This document shows positions 9,386-18,775 of a DNA stretch of 64,000 nucleotides, one piece after another; the first letter of the stretch is position 1; the number at the start of each line of letters is the position of its first letter. The DNA lies in NCBI GenBank assembly GCA_947479455.1, contig CANJZE010000001.1, forward strand, positions 109,106 to 173,105. Direction: 5' to 3'. Under the pieces are notes generated by a model that saw only the letters and a program-made list of their open reading frames with translations, had not been told where the DNA came from and did not search any database. Both the position numbers and the translations under genes were made by a program. The DNA comes from Bacteroidota bacterium. Its GTDB lineage: Bacteria; Bacteroidota; Bacteroidia; Chitinophagales; LD1.

Positions 9386-11901
9386 GAAAATTTTATGGTA
9401 TAAGAAAGTGAAGGCAATACCGGAAACAAACTCAACTGTTTAAACGTGGTGCTTCTGGTACCATCGGCATTGGTTCTTACATCGCTATAAACCGAAAACT
9501 GGTTAAAGCGATTGTACACATTATAAATACTGAAGTTAAACGCGTGTTCTAAATTTTTTACTCGCTTTCGATAAGTGAAAGAAATATCTAAGTGATGATA
9601 AGCAGGTAAGCGATAACTATTTTTGGGAGTATACAAGGTTATGTTTTCAGAGTAGCCATTAGGATTATACCCCTGTGAAATTAAATAGTCGTGATACCAC
9701 ACGCTTGGAAACGATTGGTAATTCTGCAAAGGCAAGGTGAACATATTTCCACTTCCATACACCCAGGCTACGCCTAATTCAAAATGTTTCCCTGCTAAAA
9801 CTACAACCTGCGTGGCAAAATTATGTCGTCTGTCATATTTGAAAGGATACCAATTCCCTTGGTTGAGTTCAGTAAATTTTCTTTCACTCCACGCAAGTGT
9901 GTAAGCAACTGAACCGGTTACTCTACCACCGCTGCGTGCCAAATAAAATTCAACACCATAACTTTTTCCTTTACCGCCAGTTATAATTTGTTCTTCCCAA
10001 GGTTTGTAAACCGAAGCTTTAGTGGCGCCTTCTTTGTATTCAATCACATTATTTATTATGCGATAGAATGCATCAATGCTCCATTCAAAATTCAGCGGTA
10101 GCTTTTGCATCATGCCTCCCGAAAAATTCCAACCGCCTTCGGGCTTAGCTTTGGCGGTAGCAGGCACCCAGTAATCGTTTAAAATATTGGAGGAAGCAGT
10201 AGCAAGCAAATGTAAATTTTGCGATAAACCCGATGCCGAAGCGCGCATATAAAATTTTGCGACAGGATTATAAACCACATTTACTCGTGGCAAAAAGCTG
10301 ACAAATGTTTTTTGCTGAACGTTGTAGATACGCAAATGAAATCCTCCATTAATCAACCAGTTTTCGCTGGGGTGATATTCATCTTCGGCATACACAAACG
10401 CATCGAGCGATTTAACCGGAGAACTTATTAATTCAAACTCTGTTTTACCAAAACTGGTATTGTCGTAACTCGATTTCCCTTTTCCTGTTTCAAAATTTAC
10501 ACCGGTAATTCCCGCACCAAACAAAAAAGTTTGCAACTCGGTTCCATATTCTACATCGCTGCGCCAGCTGTAATCGTTGATGTAAGTAATGTTGTTGGAG
10601 TTAAATTTAGAATGCCATTGATAATTTTGACCATTAAAACTTACTTCTTCATTGTAGTTGTCTTCATCTTTGCTTTCAATTTTGTAGCGGCTAAAAGAAA
10701 AGTGATGACTCATTTTCCAATGCTCATTCAATTGATATATCAATGCTGTAGAAGCCACATAATTTGCCCATCGTACATTTTGTTTGAACAAATTATCTAC
10801 TGAATAATTTTCTCCTTTCGCATGACCTTCTTTTGTAAACGAATAAAAATCGTTGTTCGTAAAAAAATTGAACTGCCATTTTAGTTTATCAGTAAAGTGG
10901 TGAACAATTTTTGCATTAACATCACCAAAGTAGTAGTAGATATTTCCGTTGTAACCCGCAGCTTTATATTGCTTTTTTGAAATGGGCGATGAATACAAAC
11001 CCGCGTAACAACCGCGAAGTGAAAGCGAAAAAGTGGTCTTCTTCTTTTTTGTAAACGGACCATCCAAATGAAAACGCGAAGTCACTAAGCCGAAAGAAAA
11101 AGTCCCTTTCACTTTGTTCGCGTTACCTTCTTCCATTTTAATATCCATTACTGAACAAAGCCTACCACCAAAGCGAGCAGGATATCGGTCTTTGAACAAA
11201 TCGATGCGTTCAATAGCATCGCCATTAAACACCGAAATAAAACCGTACACGTGCGAAGGATTGTAAACAGGTGCGCCATCTACCAACATTAAATTTTGAT
11301 CGGGGCTTCCACCGCGTACAAAAATTCCGTGCGAACCTTCGCCACCGCTTTGTACACCGGGCTGCATTTGCACTGCACGCATGGGGTCGTTTTCTCCCAT
11401 AAAAGCGGGTAGCGAATTGAAATTTTCTTTGCGCAGCATAATGGTTCCGTTGGCTTCGTGCAGCGCGTTGAGCAATTGCTTTTTATCTACAATGGTTACT
11501 TCGTGTAATTCCAGATTTGTACGCAACTGCATTTCAATTGTAGTGTCGCGCGAAATAAAAATGTTGCTACGTTCTGAATTGAAACCGATATAGGAAAACG
11601 AAACTTCGTTCCATCCTTCTTTTAAATTCAATTGAAATTTTCCCAGCGAATCAGAAAAAGTTCCCATTGAAAACTGCGATACATAAACACTTGCATTCGA
11701 CAGTGGATTCAAATCATCGGCAATAATTTTTCCGGAAAGCGTAAACTGTTTTTGTGCTTGAGTAAAAAAGCAACTCATGGAAAGAAAGAAAGTCAAGAAT
11801 AGTTTTTTGTTGTTGGTGACATCCCGCAGAAACTGCGGGACTAAACACCAACAACGGCTAGTATGGGAGAAGGAGAAAAATAATTTTCGACTGAAAACCA
11901 T
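9382..11901 (-). CDS. TonB-dependent receptor with N-terminal carboxypeptidase-regulatory-like domain
   Basis: FTLSGKIIADDLNPLSNASVYV (CarbopepD_reg-like), plug region GGSPDQNLMLVDGAPVYN, long beta-barrel. The true start is uncertain: the signal-like KKLFLTFFLSMSCFFTQAQ lies about 30 aa inside the ORF and a hairpin (11823..11840) sits in the apparent N-terminus. Confidence 0.85.
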   Translation of the reverse strand: MVFSRKLFFSFSHTSRCWCLVPQFLRDVTNNKKLFLTFFLSMSCFFTQAQKQFTLSGKIIADDLNPLSNASVYVSQFSMGTFSDSLGKFQLNLKEGWNEVSFSYIGFNSERSNIFISRDTTIEMQLRTNLELHEVTIVDKKQLLNALHEANGTIMLRKENFNSLPAFMGENDPMRAVQMQPGVQSGGEGSHGIFVRGGSPDQNLMLVDGAPVYNPSHVYGFISVFNGDAIERIDLFKDRYPARFGGRLCSVMDIKMEEGNANKVKGTFSFGLVTSRFHLDGPFTKKKKTTFSLSLRGCYAGLYSSPISKKQYKAAGYNGNIYYYFGDVNAKIVHHFTDKLKWQFNFFTNNDFYSFTKEGHAKGENYSVDNLFKQNVRWANYVASTALIYQLNEHWKMSHHFSFSRYKIESKDEDNYNEEVSFNGQNYQWHSKFNSNNITYINDYSWRSDVEYGTELQTFLFGAGITGVNFETGKGKSSYDNTSFGKTEFELISSPVKSLDAFVYAEDEYHPSENWLINGGFHLRIYNVQQKTFVSFLPRVNVVYNPVAKFYMRASASGLSQNLHLLATASSNILNDYWVPATAKAKPEGGWNFSGGMMQKLPLNFEWSIDAFYRIINNVIEYKEGATKASVYKPWEEQIITGGKGKSYGVEFYLARSGGRVTGSVAYTLAWSERKFTELNQGNWYPFKYDRRHNFATQVVVLAGKHFELGVAWVYGSGNMFTLPLQNYQSFPSVWYHDYLISQGYNPNGYSENITLYTPKNSYRLPAYHHLDISFTYRKRVKNLEHAFNFSIYNVYNRFNQFSVYSDVRTNADGTRSTTFKQLSLFPVLPSLSYTIKFS

Positions 11902-11985
11902 TTCTCAAACTAAACCAAAATTATGGTTAGATAAAAAGCAATTGTAGTGTGAAGCAAAAAATAAACTGAGGGTGTAGCTCTATTC

Positions 11986-12783
11986 TTAGAAGCTAATTTT
12001 TTCCAAACCTTGACCAGCCGCAAGTAACTCGGCTATATCAAACACTTTTACTTCCTGTTGTTTGTCTTTTGATTTAACTCCATCGGTCAACATAGTATTG
12101 CAGAAAGGGCAAGCTGCGGCTACAATTGTTGCTTCGGTTTCAAATGCTTCTTCGGTGCGGGCAATGTTGATTCTCTTTTTGCCAGGCTCATCTTCTTTAA
12201 ACATTTGTGCTCCGCCTGCTCCGCAGCACAAACCTTTGGTTCGGCAGCTCTTCATTTCCACTAATTCGGCATCCAGTTCTTCGAGCACTTTGCGTGGTGC
12301 TTCGTAAATTTCATTTGCTCTTCCCAAGTAACATGAATCGTGATAAGTGATTTTCTTTCCTTTAAACGAAGCGGCATCCGTAATTTTTATTCTTCCCTCA
12401 TCAATCAAATGTTGCAGGTAAGTAGAGTGGTGAATTACCTCATAATTTCCACCAAGCGATGGATACTCATTCTTCAAAATATTGAAGCAATGCGGACAGG
12501 TAGTTACAATTTTCTTAACTCCGTAATTATTCATCACTTCAATATTCTGCAATGCCAGCATTTGAAAAACAAATTCATTGCCTGCGCGTTTTGCCGGGTC
12601 ACCTGTACAACTTTCTTCGGTGCCCAGCACCGCAAATTTTATGTTGAGGTGGTTGAGAATTTTCACAAACGAGCGCGTTACTTTTTGCGCGCGTTGGTCA
12701 AAACTTCCTGCACATCCCACCCAAAAAAGAACTTCGGGGGTTTCGTTGGCGGTTGAGTATTCTGCGTAGGTTTTGACGTTCAT
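11986..12783 (-). CDS. (Fe-S)-binding protein with two CCG (cysteine-rich) domains, HdrD/GlcF-like
   Basis: CPHC..., CCGAGG and CPFC motifs typical of CCG domains. Same strand as the membrane 4Fe-4S partner. Confidence 0.8.
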   Translation of the reverse strand: MNVKTYAEYSTANETPEVLFWVGCAGSFDQRAQKVTRSFVKILNHLNIKFAVLGTEESCTGDPAKRAGNEFVFQMLALQNIEVMNNYGVKKIVTTCPHCFNILKNEYPSLGGNYEVIHHSTYLQHLIDEGRIKITDAASFKGKKITYHDSCYLGRANEIYEAPRKVLEELDAELVEMKSCRTKGLCCGAGGAQMFKEDEPGKKRINIARTEEAFETEATIVAAACPFCNTMLTDGVKSKDKQQEVKVFDIAELLAAGQGLEKISF

Positions 12784-12813
12784 GATTTAATATTTAAGAA
12801 TTAAGATTTAAGA
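12784..12813. repeat. left imperfect inverted repeat flanking the four-helix-bundle gene
   Basis: gatttaatatttaagaattaagatttaaga matches the reverse complement of 13185..13214 at 23 of 30 positions, ungapped. AT-rich, so chance similarity is not negligible. Confidence 0.5.
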
Positions 12814-13184
12814 TTTTTTGCGTTGGGTTTCGGATGCTTTTTATTTAGGGTAATTCGTGACGCACCGAATATGTTACAAAGTTCAATTGCTTCATTCAAT
12901 AGATTCGTCACCTTGTTTCGCTTAACCAAGTTTTCTTCGATTGCAAATTCAATCCAAAAGGCAGATTCATCGGCCTCTTCGAAGACGATACTAAGTTTGG
13001 CTACAAATGCAGCATCGGATTGCGCAATACATACCGCCCGATAATTTGCGGCCACCGAAGTGGAACAGCGAATAAGTTGACCACAAATATGTCTTCCTAA
13101 TTTATTTTCAGGTAATGAAGTAGCCAACTTCACGCACCTGTGCGCAAATTCGTTAGTTCGCTTCTTGAGTTCCCGGCTGTTCAT
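12801..13184 (-). CDS. four-helix-bundle protein (23S rRNA intervening sequence protein / Avd-like family)
   Basis: 127 aa with the family pattern FAHRCVKLATSLP...GQLIRCSTSVAANYRAV...DAAFVAKLSIVFEEADESAFWIEF. Confidence 0.85.
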   Translation of the reverse strand: MNSRELKKRTNEFAHRCVKLATSLPENKLGRHICGQLIRCSTSVAANYRAVCIAQSDAAFVAKLSIVFEEADESAFWIEFAIEENLVKRNKVTNLLNEAIELCNIFGASRITLNKKHPKPNAKNLKS

Positions 13185-13214
13185 TCTTCAATATTCAATT
13201 TTAAATCTTCAATC
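13185..13214. repeat. right imperfect inverted repeat flanking the four-helix-bundle gene
   Basis: tcttcaatattcaattttaaatcttcaatc; see the left copy at 12784..12813. Confidence 0.5.
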
Positions 13215-13217
13215 CCG

Positions 13218-14540
13218 TCACTCCTTCGCCCAGTTCAATCTGTCCTGCTGACTAAACTGCCAAGGAGCTCCGTTGTTTTCCATAGCGGTGAACATGCCAT
13301 TCCATTCTGCCGGAGCGTTTGATTCTTCCATAACTAAATTTCTGCGCAGCTGCACAATGATATCGAGCGGAGAAATCATTACCGGACATTCTTCCACACA
13401 AGCATTACAAGTGGTACAAGCACGCAATTCTTCTACACTTATAAAATTGTTTTCGATTAAACTTTTGCCATCGTCTTTCCAAACACCATTGTTTTGCGCA
13501 ACTATACTTCCTACTTCTTCTAAGCGGTCGCGAGTGTCCATCATAATTTTTCGTGGAGAAAGAAGTTTGCCGGTTTGATTGGCTGGGCAAGCATCCGTGC
13601 ATCTTCCGCACTCAGTGCAGGTATAAGCGTCCAACAAATTTTTCCAACTCAAATCAAAAACATCTTTAGCTCCAAATTTCACCGGGGCAGCATTTGCATC
13701 AACAGGTGGATGAGTGGCGATAGGGTCCATCATCAACTTAATCTCCTTGGTTATTTCGGGCATGTTGCTGATGTAGCCTTTCGGATTTAACCGAGCAAAA
13801 TAAACATTGAAGAACGCTAGAATTATGTGCAGGTGTTTTGAATACGGAAGGTAAACAAGAAGTGCCAACACACCTACCATATGACCCCACCAACCTAGAC
13901 GTTCAACATAATGCAACGAGGTATAATCCCATCCGGAAAATAAATGCATGAGCATTCCACTCACTGCAAATCCATATTCACCGTGGTGCATAGCCATATC
14001 AGCTGTGTTCATACTAAAAATACAGATGAGCAAATAAATTTCGGAAAGAAGAATGGTAGCCGCATCCTGAACCGGAAAACCTTTTAGCTCGGGTTTGTTG
14101 AGGCGCGGCACTTTGATTAAAAATCTTCGGGAAAGAAAAGCGACTGTTGCAATGAAAACAAAAACAGAAACAATTTCAATAAACGAAATAGTGCCTACAT
14201 AAATGAAACGAAGCACTGCTATATTTTCAACCGCATGAAAAATAATGCGGTGCGTGCCAAGCACTCCATCAGTAAAAATTTCAAGCAATTCAATTTGCGT
14301 TACGATGAATCCGAAATAAATAAAGAAGTGAAGCACTGCCGGTGTCATGTTCTTGAACATCTTTTTTTGCCCGAAAGCAACAAGCAGAACATTCTTGATA
14401 CGCTCCGATTGATTATCGCTCAGTTCTTCTTTTTTGCCGAGCATAATGTTTTTGTAAACTCTTCGATAACCCCGGTAAGCATAGAAGGCTGCCATGGTGG
14501 TGAAAGAGATAAAGAGATAAATTTGAAAGTATGTTATCAT
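13218..14540 (-). CDS. membrane (Fe-S)-binding oxidoreductase subunit: multi-TM N-terminus + two 4Fe-4S motifs
   Basis: CTECGRCTDACP and CTTCNACVEECP ferredoxin-type motifs follow a hydrophobic N-terminal half. ATG at 14540 is preferred over the TTG at 14594. Confidence 0.8.
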   Translation of the reverse strand: MITYFQIYLFISFTTMAAFYAYRGYRRVYKNIMLGKKEELSDNQSERIKNVLLVAFGQKKMFKNMTPAVLHFFIYFGFIVTQIELLEIFTDGVLGTHRIIFHAVENIAVLRFIYVGTISFIEIVSVFVFIATVAFLSRRFLIKVPRLNKPELKGFPVQDAATILLSEIYLLICIFSMNTADMAMHHGEYGFAVSGMLMHLFSGWDYTSLHYVERLGWWGHMVGVLALLVYLPYSKHLHIILAFFNVYFARLNPKGYISNMPEITKEIKLMMDPIATHPPVDANAAPVKFGAKDVFDLSWKNLLDAYTCTECGRCTDACPANQTGKLLSPRKIMMDTRDRLEEVGSIVAQNNGVWKDDGKSLIENNFISVEELRACTTCNACVEECPVMISPLDIIVQLRRNLVMEESNAPAEWNGMFTAMENNGAPWQFSQQDRLNWAKE

Positions 14541-14654
14541 AAAATTTTGTGAGCGGTACGAAAATAGAAAAGCCGTTGGAAGTTTTGAATACAAGCAACA
14601 CCTTGCTCAAAAAAAACAAAAACCATTTTGAATAAAATGCCTGTACCATCAAAC

Positions 14655-14685
14655 AAAAAAAGTCCTGCGCATTGCTGCACAAGAC
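14655..14685 (-). terminator. intrinsic terminator after the T9SS repeat protein gene
   Basis: Minus-sense gtcttgtgc-agcaat-gcgcaggac (9 bp including 2 GU) followed by T7. Confidence 0.65.
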
Positions 14686-14727
14686 TTTTGTATTTCTATT
14701 CGAATCCTTTCCTTTCGGAAGGGAGGA
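14686..14727 (-). repeat. junction hairpin element, copy H
   Basis: Minus-sense tcc-TCCCTTCC-gaaa-GGAAAGGA-ttcgaatagaaatacaaaa, lying between the stop codon (14738) and the terminator. Confidence 0.6.
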
Positions 14728-14737
14728 CGATTTGTTT

Positions 14738-16345
14738 TTACATCTTCACCAATCTTTTCTTCATATTGATATTGCCGGCTATAATTTCAGCTACATAAAC
14801 ACCATTTGGCATTTGGCTCATATCTATAGTTTTGTTTTGCACTTGGTTGATTTCGCTTACCAAACTTCCGTTAGCGTTGTAAATGTTTACTCGGTCAATA
14901 GTGGAACCATTGGCTTCAATAAACAATTTATTTGAAGTTGGATTTGGATATACATCCATTGTTATGCTATGGTTTGTTTCTTCAACCCCTGCAACAGTAG
15001 CTGCATCTAATTTCACCATCCAGTAATCAGAACTTCCAGCCGAACCGTGGTGATTGGTTACATCGCCATCAAACGAATAACTTCTTCCGGCTAAAGCATA
15101 TCCTCCATCCGCAGTTTTTACAATAGCGTTACCCAAATCTTGGCTGGTTCCGCCAAAGGTTTTTGAATATTCCAATGCACCATGCTGACGCAACTTAACT
15201 ACTAAGAAATCATATAGCCCGTGATTACCTGTTACATCGCCATCATTAGAGTTAGAGTAACCGGCAACCATATAACCACCATCTGCGCACTGCACGATTG
15301 ATGAAGACTCATCGCCACCGCTTCCGCCTACAGATTTTTGCCATTCAAGAATTCCCGTTCTATCCATTTTTACTGCCCAAAAATCGCGTGCACCGTGGTT
15401 TACGGTTACATCGCCATCCATAGAACTTGATTGACCAGTCATGGCATAACCGCCTTCTGCTGTTTGAATAATACAAGCTGCATTGTCGTAGTTGCTTCCA
15501 CCAAATGTTTTCTCAAATTCCATTACCCCAACATCGCTTAGTTTTACTACCCAGGCATCTACATTCCAAGTTATACCATGATGACTACTTACATCACCAT
15601 CGGTAGAAGAAGTAGTTCCTGCAATTATGTATCCACCATCGGTAGATTGGGCAATTGAATAACCTTCGTCAATATCGCTACCGCCCAAAGATTTTTGCCA
15701 ATCAATTAAACCAATGCTGTTTAATTTCACCATCCAGCAATCGTTTTCGCCATGCGCTGCAGTAATGTCGCCATCACTTGAGCGCGATAGCCCTACAATA
15801 GCATATCCTCCATCATTGGTTTGAATAATAGAGTATGCCTGGTCAACACCGGAGCCACCTAAAGAACGTTGCCATTCTAAAGTTCCTGTGCTGCTTAGTT
15901 TCACAATCCAATAATCGCTTTCGCCATTATTACCGGTTACATCACCGGTTTGAGAATCTGAATTACCCGCAAGTACATAACCACCATCGGCAGTTTGAAC
16001 AATTGCATAAGCCAAATCATTGCCTTCGCCACCAAATGACTTTTGCCATTCCATAGTACCTGCGCTGTTACGCTTGGTTACCCAGTAGTCGCTTCCACCG
16101 TGGTTGCCGGTTACTTCGCCACTGGTTTCATCGCTGCTGCCAACAAGGGCATAACCCCCATCGGTAGTTTGAATGATTGAATACGCATCATCGCTACCAT
16201 TTCCACCCATAGCTTTTTGCCATTGTGTTGCCGGTACCTGTGCGGTTGCTGCAACGGTAGTTGCACATGCTACAATAAAAGGAAGCAGTTTTTTGCTGAA
16301 GCCTTTTTCTGTTGCTTTGAAAAATTGTTTAAAATTCGTTTTCAT
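14738..16345 (-). CDS. secreted repeat (propeller-like) protein with T9SS type A C-terminal sorting domain
   Basis: Signal peptide. Seven to eight ~50-aa repeats (WQKSxGG..D.AYSIIQT.DGGY...G.S.S.DGDVT..HG..D.W.VKL). C-terminus VYPNPTSNKLFIE...PNGVYVAEII... Confidence 0.85.
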   Translation of the reverse strand: MKTNFKQFFKATEKGFSKKLLPFIVACATTVAATAQVPATQWQKAMGGNGSDDAYSIIQTTDGGYALVGSSDETSGEVTGNHGGSDYWVTKRNSAGTMEWQKSFGGEGNDLAYAIVQTADGGYVLAGNSDSQTGDVTGNNGESDYWIVKLSSTGTLEWQRSLGGSGVDQAYSIIQTNDGGYAIVGLSRSSDGDITAAHGENDCWMVKLNSIGLIDWQKSLGGSDIDEGYSIAQSTDGGYIIAGTTSSTDGDVSSHHGITWNVDAWVVKLSDVGVMEFEKTFGGSNYDNAACIIQTAEGGYAMTGQSSSMDGDVTVNHGARDFWAVKMDRTGILEWQKSVGGSGGDESSSIVQCADGGYMVAGYSNSNDGDVTGNHGLYDFLVVKLRQHGALEYSKTFGGTSQDLGNAIVKTADGGYALAGRSYSFDGDVTNHHGSAGSSDYWMVKLDAATVAGVEETNHSITMDVYPNPTSNKLFIEANGSTIDRVNIYNANGSLVSEINQVQNKTIDMSQMPNGVYVAEIIAGNINMKKRLVKM

Positions 16346-16676
16346 GATGTTTGTTTTTTGTTACCTACTCGTGTTCCAGCTTTTCGGTTTCCGCTGTTTG
16401 TGCTTCTTATTCTGCTTTTTGCTCTTTCAAGTTTCAATTCAAACCGTCTATTGAACAGGTAATAACTTGTTAGATAAAACACAATGCGTGTATTGTAAGA
16501 AAAGTGATGTATTCTGTGTACATCTTGTGTAGTGATACGAGGTATTGTGCAGGCGCGATAATCTGTTTGTTAAGTCGCGGAACTTTACCATTCGCAGGTT
16601 TAGAGGCGAAACCCTGCGGAGACAATAGGGGGTAAAAGAAAATCTGGGCTACTTAGTCGAAGTCATCATTATGCTC

Positions 16677-17843
16677 CTAATCTGTAATCACCTTCACCTT
16701 CTTCGCCAAATCAATGGCTTTTTGTTTCACAACATTTACATCGCTGCCAATTTCGTCATAGGCAAGCACCACCGCCATTCTGCGGTAAGGGCGGGTTGTA
16801 GGTTTTCCGAAAATGCGAATATCGGTTCGAGGGTCTTTGATGGCTTCTTCCACTCCTCTATAGATAGGATGCTTTCCTTCCTTATCTGCAAGCACCACCG
16901 CGCTTGCTCCTACTTTTAGCAAAACAATTTCGGGAATAGGAAAACCAAGAACAGCACGTGCATGCAATTCAAACTCTGAAAGATTTTGTGTGCCGGCAAG
17001 AGTAACCATGCCGGTATCGTGCGGACGAGGAGAAAGCTCACTGAAATAAACGCCATCATCGGCTAAGAAAAATTCAACGCCCCATATTCCCGCACCCGTT
17101 AAAGCAAGGGTAACCTGCGCGGCAATTTGCTGCGCTTCCTGTAAATGCGCAGAGCTCATTTCACAAGGCTGCCAGCTTTCCTGATAGTCGCCTCGCTCCT
17201 GTCGGTGACCTATAGGGGGGCAGAAAAGGGTTTCGCCCTTCTTCTGCGTAACCGTAAGCAATGTAATTTCAGTATGAAATTTTACAAATGCTTCTACAAT
17301 TACTTCGACAATATCACCCCGTTTCCCGCTTTGCGAATAGTTCCATGCCTTTTCAATTTCATCTTCGGTCTTTATAGTTGATTGTCCTTTGCCGCTCGAG
17401 CTCATAAGGGGTTTTACTACACAAGGAATGCCCACTTCTTTCACTGCGGTTTTCAATTCTTCGAGTGTAGTAGCGTAACGGTAGTTGGCGGTTTTTAATC
17501 CGAGTTCTTTTGCCGCTAAATCTCGAATGGCTTTTCGGTTCATGGTAAAGTTTGCAGCGCGGGCAGAAGGCACTACCTGAATGCCGTCCTTTTCATAGTC
17601 ATAAAAACGCTCGGTGCGTATAGCTTCTATTTCAGGAACAATAATATCGGGTTGGTGTTTGGCAACTATTGCATCGAGCGCGTTGCCATCGAGCATATTA
17701 ATGACTTCGCGTTCATCGGCTACTTGTTGTGCAGGTGCATCGTTATAGGAGTCAACGGCTATTACATATTGCCCTAGTCGCTTGGCGGCAATTACAAATT
17801 CCTTTCCCAGTTCTCCGCTGCCCAGCAGCATAATTTTTTTCAT
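16677..17843 (-). CDS. purT: formate-dependent phosphoribosylglycinamide formyltransferase (GAR transformylase 2)
   Basis: [34 protein letters not shown]-terminus, ATP-grasp core, 388 aa. Confidence 0.9.
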   Translation of the reverse strand: MKKIMLLGSGELGKEFVIAAKRLGQYVIAVDSYNDAPAQQVADEREVINMLDGNALDAIVAKHQPDIIVPEIEAIRTERFYDYEKDGIQVVPSARAANFTMNRKAIRDLAAKELGLKTANYRYATTLEELKTAVKEVGIPCVVKPLMSSSGKGQSTIKTEDEIEKAWNYSQSGKRGDIVEVIVEAFVKFHTEITLLTVTQKKGETLFCPPIGHRQERGDYQESWQPCEMSSAHLQEAQQIAAQVTLALTGAGIWGVEFFLADDGVYFSELSPRPHDTGMVTLAGTQNLSEFELHARAVLGFPIPEIVLLKVGASAVVLADKEGKHPIYRGVEEAIKDPRTDIRIFGKPTTRPYRRMAVVLAYDEIGSDVNVVKQKAIDLAKKVKVITD

Positions 17844-17904
17844 GTTCTGAATTTATAAGCTTGAATAAAAAATTATTACTTCGTGCTGCAAAATAAAAAA
17901 GCAC

Positions 17905-18228
17905 ATGCAAGACGACAAAGTGTTGTTTACCGAAAAAGTTCCCGCAGGAAAAAGAACCTACTTTTTAGATGTAGTAGAAAATTTCAAAGGTCACAAGTAT
18001 TTAAAATTTACCGAAAGCCGCGCCAATGACGGGCAATACATTCGTCAAAGCGTGCGCATTTTTCAAGAAGATTTTGATAAAATCTTCACCGCATTCGACA
18101 GCATAAAAGGATTCTTAGCTGCTAATCATGTTCCTGTAGCTCCACCAGTGAGAGAAGAAAAGAAGGAAGAAAGAGATGATAGCGGTGCAGAAAAGAAGAA
18201 TGAAGACTACGGTGACCTTAGTTTTTAG
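17905..18228 (+). CDS. DUF3276 / PUR-alpha-like nucleic-acid-binding protein
   Basis: VLFTEKVPAGKRTYFLDVVENFKGHKYLKFTESR pattern with a charged C-terminal tail. Confidence 0.75.
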   Translation: MQDDKVLFTEKVPAGKRTYFLDVVENFKGHKYLKFTESRANDGQYIRQSVRIFQEDFDKIFTAFDSIKGFLAANHVPVAPPVREEKKEERDDSGAEKKNEDYGDLSF

Positions 18229-18775
18229 CCGTTAACCAACTGGGCACTGTAATGCGAATGTTGGTCATTCGCCCTTTCACCGTTACATCCTTCTTTCCAT
18301 CCGAAGGATATCCCCAACTGCGTAATTTGCAATCATAATCACCCGAGAGGCGAAAATGTTTCTTGTCCGTTTCCCAATCAAATTGAGTAATGTTCAACTT
18401 GCTTTGCTCTTTAATAATATAGTAGTTAGTGCTTTGATACTGCAATGCCACAGCAAAAAGTTGAGGCGCACCTAATTTTTCAGGCTCATAAGAAATTTCA
18501 AACTGAACAGACTCAGAAAACATTTTTCCATCGGGCAAATCATAATTTAATCCATTGAAAGTAGTACTGATAACGGTGCGCGGTGTACTTCTACCATCCA
18601 TAGATCCGGCTTTGTTCATAGCCAAACCACGAAACAATTGGTCATCGCGCAGCTTAAACATTTTACCATCAACGGTGGCAAAAAAGGTACCCTTGTCTTT
18701 ATCGTCATCTTCCAAACCAGAACCCGGCAAAGAAGCAAAAGCAAAGAATAAAATAGTTGCTGTAAGTAATTTCAT
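18218..18775 (-). CDS. hypothetical secreted protein
   Basis: Internal Met gives signal peptide MKLLTATILFFAFASLPGSG. No recognisable domain. Confidence 0.55.
   Translation of the reverse strand: MKLLTATILFFAFASLPGSGLEDDDKDKGTFFATVDGKMFKLRDDQLFRGLAMNKAGSMDGRSTPRTVISTTFNGLNYDLPDGKMFSESVQFEISYEPEKLGAPQLFAVALQYQSTNYYIIKEQSKLNITQFDWETDKKHFRLSGDYDCKLRSWGYPSDGKKDVTVKGRMTNIRITVPSWLTAKN

Larger units (their letters stand above)
12784..13214 (-). mobile_element. candidate inverted-repeat-bounded cassette carrying a four-helix-bundle gene (no transposase)
   Basis: The gene is wedged between two cistrons of an Fe-S oxidoreductase pair and is bracketed by ~30-bp imperfect inverted repeats. Mobility is inferred, not shown. 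Confidence 0.3.

Noticed and set aside
12801-13184. The four-helix-bundle protein as the Avd component of a diversity-generating retroelement.
   Set aside because: There is no reverse transcriptase, template/variable repeat pair or target gene nearby. It is treated as a stand-alone copy.
14696-14708. The string ttcgaatcc resembles a tRNA T-arm/T-loop.
   Set aside because: No acceptor, D or anticodon stems can be drawn around it. It belongs to the tail of hairpin copy H on the other strand.
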